A DNA stretch of 64,000 nt from Candidatus Bathyarchaeota archaeon. Lineage in GTDB: Archaea; Thermoproteota; Bathyarchaeia; Bathyarchaeales; DTEX01. Numbering within the stretch: the stretch's first letter is position 1; each line of letters starts with the position of its first letter. The notes below the pieces were generated by a model. It did no database searches and was not told where the DNA came from. It saw nothing but the letters and a program-made list of their open reading frames with translations. The translations under genes and the position numbers were made by a program. Shown one piece after another: positions 10,655-20,214 of this stretch. The stretch is taken from positions 127,284-191,283 of the forward strand of contig CAVQNT010000005.1 in NCBI GenBank assembly GCA_963714275.1, written 5' to 3'.

Positions 10655-11873
10655 ATGAAAAAAATCGTTGTTTTTGGCGCAGGAAATATTGGACGGTCTT
10701 TAGTGGGTCAGCTCTTTTCAAAAGCAGGTTACGAGGTTGTCTTTGTCGATGTGGATGATGAAATCGTCCATGCGTTGAACAAGCAGAAAGCATACAGAAT
10801 CGAGGTAAAGGATAAACATCCAGAGATAATATGCGTTGAGAATGTCCGAGCGGTACACATCAAAAACTCAGCTAAAGTAATAAACGAAATAGTTTCCGCA
10901 GACATCATATCCACAAGCTGTCGGAGTCAATAACCTTCAAGGCGTCTACCCATACATATCCAGAGGACTAACAAAAAGAGCCAAACTTGGGAAAGGTCCT
11001 GTAGATATCATAATTTGCGAAAACATTAAGAACTCTCCATTAGTGTTCAGCGAAGGTTTGTCGAAGTGTCTGCCAAAGAAGTATCGTCTGGATTCCATAG
11101 CGGGACTTGTTGAGACATGTATCGGAAAAATGGTTCCCATAATAAGTGAAATGGATAGAAGAAAAGACCCCTTGTTGGTTTATGCAGAAGCTTACAACAC
11201 GATAATTCTTGACGCAAAAGCCTTCAAGTGTGGCGTTCCGAAGGTTGACGGGATTGAACCGAAAAAGAACATAACTGCATACGTAGACCGCAAACTCTTC
11301 ATTCACAACATGGGTCACGCTGCAACTGCCTACTTGGGATATTTGACTAATCCCGATATGAAATTCATCTGGGAAGCCATCAGCAACAAGCAGATTCATG
11401 AGTCCGTGAAAGAAGCCATGTGCGAGTCTGGTGAAGCCTTGATACTCGAGTATGCTGACGAGTTTAACAATGAAAACATACGGGAATATATAAAAAATTT
11501 GTTCGAACGTTTCAATAACAGGTCTCTGGGAGACACAATATTTCGTGTGGGAAGAGATATCCCGCGTAAACTATCTCGAAACGATAGGTTAATAGGGGCA
11601 TTACTTCTTGCCGTGAAACACTCGGTCCCTGCACCTTTCACTATGTTAATAATTCCTGCTGCAATGCTCTTCAGAGGAAAAGATGACGAAGGGAATCTTG
11701 ATCTGCGGGACAAAACGTTTGTTAACGAAGTTTTCCCGCTTGGAATCGATTATATTCTTAGGGCAATCTGCGGACTTGACAACGATGAAGAAGCATCATT
11801 AATTAGTAACATAAAGAAAGCTTATGAGAAAATAACTATTGATCCAAAAAACTGGTTCAATGCAGTTGCTTAG
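10655..11873 (+). CDS. mtlD: Mannitol-1-phosphate 5-dehydrogenase family (frameshifted)
   Basis: FGAGNIGRS, IICEN, RKLFIHNMGHA, RVGRDIPRKLSRNDRLIG; indel near 10920. Confidence 0.82.
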
Positions 11874-12036
11874 ATAATAATCTTATAAAGAATTAATTAT
11901 AGAAAAATGAGTCGTTAAATTACAGATTAACCGAAATAACTATTTAATCTTATATTATTATGAAAGTTGCTGTTAGGAAATCTTTTCCTTCGAATCAATG
12001 ATCCTAGTATGTAAATATTGAAGTGGAAGCTTAATC

Positions 12037-12990
12037 ATGCGGAAAAAGATCAAGGTCTTCGTTTATTATGGGGATTTGTCGGAAGCTTTAGTTCAGCATA
12101 TCCGTGATGTTTCTGAAAGAATCGAGGTTGCGGTTGTTAACGATGGCAAGTCTGCTTTAGAGGCTTTTATTGACGCCGAGGTTGTTTTTGGCAAATTCAA
12201 TAAGGAGCTTTTTCAGCTGCGAAAAGGCTTAGGTGGGTGCAGACTAAGGGAGCAGGCGTGGATGTTCTATTATTTCCTGAATTCATCGAGTCTACCGTTG
12301 CCTTGACGAGTGCAAGTGGAATTCATGGAACACAGATTTCTGAAATGATCGTAGCGATGATGTTGGTTTTCACGAAACAGCTGCACAAGTTCATGCGTTA
12401 CAAGTTTGAGGCGAAATGGCAACCTCACACTCCTGACGAGCTGGCAGGTAAAACCTTAGGCATCATTGGGCTTGGAAGTATCGGCTCGGAAACAGCTGAA
12501 GAAGCTAAATGTTTAGGCATGAAAGTCATAGCCCTCAAAAAACATCCAGACAAAAAACCTGACTACGTGGATGAGCTCATAGATTCTGAAGGCTTTGACA
12601 GATTGTTGCGTCAATCCGATTTTATTGTTTTAACTTTGCCTTTAACTGGTGAGACACGCCACATGGTCAGTGAAGAACAGTTACGTTCGATGAAGCCAAC
12701 TGCTTATGTGATCAACATGGGCAGAGGAGCATTAATCGACACGAATGCTTTACTGAAGGCTTTGAGGGAAGGTTGGATTGCGGGCGCTGGATTGGACGTT
12801 TTCGAAAATGAGCCTCTCCCAACGGACTCGGATCTCTGGAAACTTGATAATGTCTTAATTACGCCGCATGTTGCTGGAGCATCTCCGTATTATGATGAAA
12901 GAGACTGTGGAAGTTTTCTGTGACAACCTGAAAAGGTACATTGAAGGTAAACCGTTAAGAAATGTGGTCGACAAGAAAGCGGGGTACTAG
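12037..12990 (+). CDS. D-2-hydroxyacid dehydrogenase (frameshifted)
   Basis: GAGVD, GLGSIG, IN.GRG, GLDVFENEPLP, TPHVAG. Confidence 0.85.
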
Positions 12991-13120
12991 ATTCGGTTTC
13001 TCTGATTTCGATGACAATTCTCTACGTAATCGAAAGTGAACCTTGACTTAGTTGATCTTTCAAAAAATATATGTTGGCAAGTTGTAATGTCATACAAAAC
13101 AGATAGTACTCGTTAAAAGG

Positions 13121-14161
13121 ATGGTTAGTCTAATGGAGTTGCCTGACGTTTCCTTCTTCCTTTTCGGAATGGGCGACAGACGTAAACTCCTCTACATGGA
13201 CGGCGTGCTCTGCGATGCTTTGACACACGAAGTCATACGAAAATGGAACACAGCCTCCGAAGACATACGAGCGTCAGAATACATGGTGACTCTGAAAACA
13301 AAACAAGGAATAAAAGTCACCATAAAAGAAAACAAGAAAGGAGTCTGGCTTAACGAAGGCAAAAAAAGAATTTGCCTAACTCAAAGCAACCTGACGCTAC
13401 CACAGTGAAAGGGTCATAAATACGCTCAATTGCTGCGAATTTTGCACCAAGAGATTTTAGTGAATGTCATTGATGGAAAAACATTGCCTAATTTTTTTGT
13501 TTACTCTAAGCCTTGGATCAGGGACGCAGCTATGATGTGCACCTGCCTCGAAAGGACTGGTAATCTTCACCTCGTAAAAAACTGGATACTTGGACTGAAC
13601 GAATCCTTCGACCGTAACGCGGGCAATATCGAAACGGACAACTTAGGCTAATCCCTTTACATGGTTTCGCTTGTTTCAGATGCGTCTCATCCGTTTGTTG
13701 CAACAGTCCTTAATACCTTACCAGAATTTACGAAGGATAAATATGTCTTTGGCTTAACAGACTTCGCTGAGCATCCCGTTTACCAGACAAAATGGCTTAA
13801 GTATGGTTTAAAACGTCTGGGCTTAAGAGACATTTTCGAGATTCCAAAGGTTTTCGATAGCTACTCAGCCCTTTTCTGGATGGACTACAAAGACTTTCAC
13901 GTCGAAGGCAAGCCTCTAAGCGAAAGAGACAAGGACCTTTATCCTTACCTAGGCTGGGCGGAAGCCCACTTCTACGGTTGGCCAATGCCAAAAACTCTGA
14001 TTGGCGAAAACTATCCTGTTACTTGGGAAAGTCACGCAACCCAAGTAGACTATAACGGAATGGCAAGGATTTCGCAGCTTTACGTTGACAGCAAAACCTG
14101 TGCTCCTCACGGATGGCACGCAGCGGAAGCATTCCTCTATTTACTCGAAAAAGAAGAATGA
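13121..14161 (+). pseudogene. Putative glycoside-hydrolase-like protein with two in-frame nonsense codons
   Basis: ORFs at 13121, 13430 and 13661 share one frame, separated by TGA (13406-13408) and TAA (13649-13651); PWIRDAA motif as in six-hairpin glycosidases. Confidence 0.6.
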
Positions 14162-14190
14162 CAATATTTTTCAATATGGTTCAAACGTGG

Positions 14191-14574
14191 CTAGGCTTTC
14201 TCGATTCTTATTTTGTCTCCGTCTCTAACATTCATTAGGAGTTTCGGGTCTCCCTTCACCTTTCCGAACACGTTGACAGGATTAGCAGGTCTAATTTCTT
14301 CCTCGTGGCTTATTGGTGTTGGACCGAAAAATATGCAGAATCCTTGCCCAGGAGGCCAATAGCCGATGTCTCCAAGTTCAACGGTTGGCTGAGCTTTTTC
14401 TGCGCCCAGTTTCACGGGGATAGAGAAGTATATTTCGTCGCCCCACGTATTGGCTCGCGTTTCGAAGGGAAGAGCGTCCCAGATTGCCTTTGCTGTCTTC
14501 GGGTTCTTTTCCTCAATAATTTCGGCTTCTATTGTGCTGATTTTTTCGCTGATGATTTTAATAGTTTTTACCAT
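14191..14574 (-). CDS. Cyclophilin-like fold protein (TM1367/DUF369 type)
   Basis: WGDEIYF, GDIGYWPPG..FCIFFG.TP. Confidence 0.85.
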   Translation of the reverse strand: MVKTIKIISEKISTIEAEIIEEKNPKTAKAIWDALPFETRANTWGDEIYFSIPVKLGAEKAQPTVELGDIGYWPPGQGFCIFFGPTPISHEEEIRPANPVNVFGKVKGDPKLLMNVRDGDKIRIEKA

Positions 14575-14783
14575 TTTCGCGCCCTCACCATAATTCGTTC
14601 TGTAAAGAATACTGGCTGCTGCTTCTTAAACAGTTTTTGCTTGAAAAAACAATATCTTGTGGGGAATTCTTTACTATCGGATTTCTAATAAGCCTTTCAA
14701 ACGTGCTGATTTAGTCATTCGTTGTATCAACTTTTCGTTCTTTAGGGAAACTGTTATGCAATGAATGTTCTTTACATCACATT

Positions 14784-15695
14784 ATGAATAAGGTTACAGT
14801 CGTCGGTGTTGGCAACCTCGGATCATGCATAGCCTACGAAATTGCGAGTCGCGGAATAGCAGATAGAATTGTTCTCGTCGACATTTACCACGAACTAGCG
14901 GAAGGCAATGCTGCAGACATCTCGCAGGCAATGGCTTTCCGAAACAAAACTGAAGTCGTTGCTGGGAACTACGAGGATGTCAGAGGATCAAAGGTTGTTG
15001 TTGTCACAGCGGGAAAGCCGAGGACGCCTGACATGAAATCGAGAATGGAACTTCTTGAGGCAAATAAGAAAATCATCACTTCGGTGGCTTCAAACTTGAA
15101 ACAGCATGGAGGAACGCCTATTATAATTACTCTCTCGAATCCCGTGGACGTCATGAACTATGTGATGTGGGCGTCAACGGGCAATGACCGTAAAAGAATC
15201 ATTGGCAGCGCGGGAATGCTGGACTCAGCAAGATTTCGAACAGTCTTGAATAGCATGTATGATGTGCCTAATCTTGACATCGAAGCCTACGTGATAGGAG
15301 AGCACGGAGACAGTCAGATTCCAGTTTTCAGTCAAGTCACGATAAAGAAACACAAAAAAACGTTCACAGAAGAAGAACGCGTTGAGATAATGAGTAGACT
15401 GAAAGAGTCCGCGTTGCAGGTCATCTCCAAGAAGGGAGCAACGATCTATGCGCCAGCCAGCAACACAGCCAACATGATCGAAGCGATTTTAAAAGACGAA
15501 AAGAAGACATCTGTTTGCTCAGTGGTTCTGGACGGGGAATACAACCTCGAAGGTGTTAGCTTAGGGGTTCCCGTTGTACTTGGCTGTTACGGAGTTGAAA
15601 AGGTTGTAGAATGGAACCTCGACGAATATGAAAGAAAATTGTTCTACAAAGGGGCTGAGCAGCTAAAAGAAACAATAAAAGCAATGGCAATCTAG
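14784..15695 (+). CDS. mdh: LDH-like malate dehydrogenase
   Basis: GVGNLG, TAGKPRTP.M.SR (Arg at the specificity position), NPVD, LDSARF, GEHGDS. Confidence 0.8.
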   Translation: MNKVTVVGVGNLGSCIAYEIASRGIADRIVLVDIYHELAEGNAADISQAMAFRNKTEVVAGNYEDVRGSKVVVVTAGKPRTPDMKSRMELLEANKKIITSVASNLKQHGGTPIIITLSNPVDVMNYVMWASTGNDRKRIIGSAGMLDSARFRTVLNSMYDVPNLDIEAYVIGEHGDSQIPVFSQVTIKKHKKTFTEEERVEIMSRLKESALQVISKKGATIYAPASNTANMIEAILKDEKKTSVCSVVLDGEYNLEGVSLGVPVVLGCYGVEKVVEWNLDEYERKLFYKGAEQLKETIKAMAI

Positions 15696-15702
15696 GTTAA
15701 TG

Positions 15703-16461
15703 TCAAACTTTCTCCGCAGTGTTCCAGAGGTATTGAAAGTAGTCTTTTGCGAATTTCACTAATCCGCTGTGGTCTGACCATATTATTAATGAAGGCTTGT
15801 TTTCTCCAAGTATGAGAAGGGCTTCCCTTCCGTCGGCTATTACGCCTCCGCCAAACATGCTGTCTTTTCTTCTAACCTCATAAATCCGAGAAAGGACTTC
15901 GACGTCCAAGTTTAGGTCTTTAGAAACCATTATTTGAACCCGGATGTTTGCCCCCAAAAGCTCACCAAACAAAGGCATAACCGCATTGAGAATGGACTCT
16001 GTCAAAGGCGGCACTGCAAACATCAATTCCGTCTTTGCATTTCCAACAAGGTCCTTGAGCTTGGCCAAAGCGTCAAATTCACCGCGAAGTATCCAAACGT
16101 CAGGTTTTTCCCTTATCTCTCGCTTCTCGTACAACGGTTGCAGTTCGTCCAAGACCGTGTTCCGCCATAACTTCATCATGTTTTCAAGCCTCAACCTAGT
16201 TATGTCCAACGCTTCGCTTGGAGATTTCGGGTAATACTGGCGTGGTCTGTCCGTTTGTGTTTCGACCCAGCCTTTCCTTTCTAACGAGTTCAGAACCTCG
16301 TAAATTTTTGAATACGGAACATCCGTCTCATTGCTGATTTGGCTTGCTGTTGTTACTCCCACCTGCAGAAGGTACAGGTAAGCGCGTGTTTCATATTCTG
16401 TGAGTCCAGCTTCCCGTAAAGCATTCTTTGCTTTTTCGCTAATGCTCATCGTCAAACCCAC
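15703..16461 (-). CDS. TrmB family transcriptional regulator
   Basis: GLTEYE.RAY, VPYSKIYEVLNSL.RKGWV. Confidence 0.9.
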   Translation of the reverse strand: MGLTMSISEKAKNALREAGLTEYETRAYLYLLQVGVTTASQISNETDVPYSKIYEVLNSLERKGWVETQTDRPRQYYPKSPSEALDITRLRLENMMKLWRNTVLDELQPLYEKREIREKPDVWILRGEFDALAKLKDLVGNAKTELMFAVPPLTESILNAVMPLFGELLGANIRVQIMVSKDLNLDVEVLSRIYEVRRKDSMFGGGVIADGREALLILGENKPSLIIWSDHSGLVKFAKDYFQYLWNTAEKV

Positions 16462-16547
16462 TTTTCACCTTAGGAAAAGTTTGGAAACCTTATTATATGA
16501 AATCTGTTCAACCATGATATAAACATTACAACTGTCAGTGGTAAAAA

Positions 16548-18040
16548 ATGATCGTCATCAAACAGACCCAGTCTCTCTGCCCCGAATGCCTGAAAGTTTT
16601 AGACGCCACAATATATGAAGAAGACGATAAAGTTTACATCAAAAAAGAATGCCCCGATCACGGCGCATTCAAAGAGGTTTACTGGTCCGACTATGGACAG
16701 TACGAGCGAGTTAAAGCCTTCGAATACATTGGCAACGGAATCGAGAATCCACGAACTGAAACAAAGACTTGGCTGCCCTTACGATTGTGGAATCTGCCCA
16801 AAACATAAATCGCAAACAGTTCTCGCAATAATTGACGTCACAAACCGATGCAACTTAAGATGCCCGGTATGCTTCGCCACGGCTGGAACAACGGGCTATG
16901 TTTATGAGCCCACAAAAGAACAAATTGAAGCGATGCTTGTTAACCTTCGAAGCAACAAGCCTGTGCCTGTTGATGCGCTTCAGTTTTCAGGTGGAGAACC
17001 CACAATCCGTGAGGACTTGCCGGGAGCTCGTGAAGATGGCGAAAGAACTGGGCATAAAACACATCGAAGTCAACACTAATGGCATAAGGCTCGCGTCAAG
17101 CGTGGAATATTGCCACAGCCTCAAAGAAGCTGGGGTCAGCACGATTTACTTGCAGTTCGACGGCGTCACGCCCGAAGTTTTCAAGTTTACCCGAGGAGCC
17201 GACCTGTTCCAAACAAAAGTGAAAGCCATCGAGAACTGCAGACAAGCAGGATTACACAGCGTTGTTTTAGTTTGCACCTTAGTAAAGGGTGTCAACGACC
17301 ATCAAATAGGCGACATCATCAAGTTTGCCATTGCCAACTTCGACATCGTCAGATGCGTGAACTTCCAACCTGTCTCGCTTTGCGGTCGAATCCCAGAAGA
17401 ACAAAGAAAGCAAATGCGGATAACAATCCCAGAATTCATGAACGAAGTCGAAAAACAGACAGACGAACAAATCAAGACCTCAGACTTCTATCCTGTTCCT
17501 ACCGTTGTGCCTGTGTCTCGTGCAGTTGGCGCTTTAAAGAAGAAACGTTACGTTGAGTTCACTGCCCATCCGCACTGTGGCATGGCAACCTACGTTTTCG
17601 TTGAAGACGGGAAGATTGTGCCAATTACCGAATATGGTAACGTCGACAATTTCATCAAGACAATGGAAAAAGCCTATGAAGAATATGAGAAGGGTCACGA
17701 AACGAGGTTGAAAATGCAGCTTATGGGTTCAATGCGCCACATCAAATTTGACATGTTAAAAAAATACATTTGGCCACTGCTGAAGACAGGCAGCTACTCT
17801 GCCTTAGGCGACCTTCACCGTAAGATGCTCATGATTTCGTCAATGCACTTCATGGACCCATATAACTTCGACCTTGAAAGGGTGCAACGGTGCTGCATCC
17901 ACTACGCAGTTCCAGACGGAAGAATAATCCCGTTCTGCACCATGAACTCCATTCACAGGCCAAAAATCGAGAAAGAACTGGGCATTCCAGTGGACAAGTG
18001 GAGACAAATCCACAAGAAAGAGGTCGAAGCCGTCGCTTAG
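16548..18040 (+). CDS. tes: Tetraether lipid synthase (radical SAM), frameshifted
   Basis: TQSLCPEC..CPDHG, CPYDCGIC..H, CNLRCPVC, FSGGEPT, HPHCGMATY, FMDPYNFDLERVQRCCIHY...PFC. Confidence 0.85.
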
Positions 18041-18089
18041 AGAAACCTATAAATTTAGGCGATGCTTGATGAGTGTGAGGGCATAAAAC

Positions 18090-18434
18090 ATGGGTGGCGG
18101 AAAAAAGAAGAAAAACATCACGCAAATGGCGAAATCTCAAGAACTCGAAGAACGTAAAGGTCAACCGAAAGGTAAAGGAAGCGGAACTGGAATCTCTTCA
18201 TCAGCAGCCGAAAAACGGGTACAAGGAATAACAGTCCCGAACCCAAAAGACAAGAAAATCGAAAAGGAACTGCAAGCCATGAAAGTTCTCACGCCATACT
18301 CGGTGGCTTCACGCTTTAACCTCCGCATAAGCGTCGCACGCGATTTCCTCGAAGAGCTTCAACGCGAAGGGCTCGTATCATTTGTAATAAGTGGAAAAGG
18401 AACAAAAGTCTATAAACCTGTTGCCAGTTCATAA
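18090..18434 (+). CDS. rps25e: 30S ribosomal protein S25e
   Basis: MGGGKKK N-terminus; LTPYSVASRFNLRISVARDFLEEL wHTH. Confidence 0.88.
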   Translation: MGGGKKKKNITQMAKSQELEERKGQPKGKGSGTGISSSAAEKRVQGITVPNPKDKKIEKELQAMKVLTPYSVASRFNLRISVARDFLEELQREGLVSFVISGKGTKVYKPVASS

Positions 18435-18610
18435 ATTTTTGTTTTTCTTTTTTTACGTTTTTCTCGTCAAAATAAGACTTAGAGTCACATCGATATTCTC
18501 ACTGACCAGTTCTTATACGGGGAAAACTAAACATTTAAAGCAGAGCTTTAGCAAGTGATTGTTAGAGGGAAAAGTTTCAGACACCCCACGATTTCTTGGC
18601 ATGGTGAATT

Positions 18611-19184
18611 TTGGTTATGGCTCTCGACCAGTTCATCTACACAAAGACGATTCTCATCGACGACGCAGGCTGGGGAGACCTGATATTGGGCGCCATCATA
18701 GGAGCCTTGAAGCTTCCGGACCATAAGTACATGGAACGTAGAATCCCAGTCACAGCTTTTCAACAGCCAAATTTCGTGAACAAATCTTACCTCGAAGAAG
18801 TCTGTCAGAATAGCCAGAGAAATCATCGACGTCATGCAGGCTGACCAACAAACCTGCTTTAAAGTCTGCTCCGGGTTCATCCTGTCTCGCGTCCGCAGTT
18901 ACCTTCAGGAACAGGGATTCCATGTTGAAAAAACGGTAATCACTGGCGAACTGCAGGAAAAGGTGGAAAAAAGCTTTGTCGACTGGTGTGTTGAAGTAGG
19001 CGTTCCAAAGGACAGGTTCGGAAATGAGAGACGGTTTTACCCATTACTTGATTGGGTGGCTGACATGTTTGAACTCAGAGAACGTCTCGTGAAGACAGGT
19101 TGGAAGAGCTGGCAGAATAAATGGAGGCAGAAAGCTCAGGAAATTCACCTTCAAAAAATCGTTCAATCTCAAGGAAGACCATAA
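18611..19184 (+). CDS. Hypothetical protein with RNase HII-like N-terminal motif (frameshifted)
   Basis: ILIDDAGWGDL resembles RNase HII GIDEAGRG; two overlapping ORFs. Confidence 0.5.
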
Positions 19185-19241
19185 CTAAGGTAACTTTTAA
19201 AAATTATTTTCCAATTTTTTTTATGAAGAATAACAAGTTCA

Positions 19242-19632
19242 TTAAGTTCTCTTAACTGTAATTTTGGTTCCACTTTTTATTTTACTGAATATTTCAAGGT
19301 TTTCCATCATACTACCAATTGAGTTTATGGAACTATAAGGACGGGTCCTTTCGTAGAATATGCAGAAAGCCCTGCCCATAGGCCAATACGCCAGTGTTCC
19401 TTGTTCTGCCACGTTTTTAGATTTTTCTTCTCCCAGTGTCAGAGGGACTTCGAAAAACACCTCGTTCGGATGCAATGCAGCTCGTCCTTCTATCGGTAGA
19501 CTTCCTGACCAACGCGTCCACTGTTCTCGGAGCAAGGAATCTAACTAATTCGCCTTTCGCTTCGCCCATGCCTTCGATCATAAACGTTACAGGAATACGT
19601 GAGATGCTTTCGGTCGTGCCCTCTGCCTCCAC
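19242..19632 (-). CDS. Second cyclophilin-like fold protein (frameshifted)
   Basis: LAPRTVDAL, EVFF, GTLAYWPMGRAFCIFY. Confidence 0.78.
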
Positions 19633-19688
19633 ATTAATTGTTCGGGAAATCTTAATAAATGGTTCCGTTAATTCAAGCGTGATTCAGA

Positions 19689-19901
19689 ATGTTCAACGTT
19701 GAAGGTATAGACCTAAAGAAAAAAGACTTGGAAAAGCAGAGAGACAAACTTGTCGACGAGATAAAGAAGCTCGAAGAAAGACGCAAAAAAGGAGAGTTCG
19801 ACGAAAATACATACAAAGAAAAGAGACGAGAAATCGAAAGAGCTATAGTCGAAGTCATGGACAGACTCGCCCAAATGAACTTCCTATCAGGAAAATCATG
19901 A
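19689..19901 (+). CDS. Small coiled-coil hypothetical protein
   Basis: 70 aa, charged; GEFDENTYKEKR is SHOCT-like. Confidence 0.6.
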   Translation: MFNVEGIDLKKKDLEKQRDKLVDEIKKLEERRKKGEFDENTYKEKRREIERAIVEVMDRLAQMNFLSGKS

Positions 19902-20047
19902 AACCAACAATCGCCTTAAAAGGAAAATTAAAAAAAGGAACTCTCACACGATCACACAACGATTACTCTTTTCCTGAAAACACCATAAATAATAGTGAAA
20001 ACCTTAAAATACGAAGCACCCTAATCCAGATGATACACAAAAGCCAA

Positions 20048-20139
20048 GCTCCGGTAGTATAGTCCGGTCAAGTATTCCGGCCTTTCGACCCAAAAATGGA
20101 AGACAGTCGGAAACCCGGGTTCAAATCCCGGCCGGAGCA
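20048..20139 (+). tRNA. tRNA-Glu(TTC) with a 17-nt intron at canonical position 37/38 (20088-20104)
   Basis: GCTCCGG/CCGGAGC acceptor stem; anticodon stem CCGGC/GTCGG; intron GAAG pairs with CTTT, giving a bulge-helix-bulge-like motif. Confidence 0.92.
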
Positions 20140-20175
20140 CTTTACGTATTCCACGTTTTTTTGAATATCTACACA

Positions 20176-20197
20176 TAGCTGAGTTAGCTAGCTAGCT
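20176..20197. repeat. 4-bp-periodic junction tract (TAGCTGAGTTAGCTAGCTAGCT)
   Basis: Between tRNA-Glu and the glycoside hydrolase stop; left edge of the mosaic region. Confidence 0.75.
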
Positions 20198-20214
20198 TTA
20201 TTCTGAATTTTTCT

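Noticed and set aside
13406-13408. In-frame TGA as selenocysteine
   Set aside because: A second in-frame TAA follows, the context is not a redox motif, and no SECIS-like element was recognised
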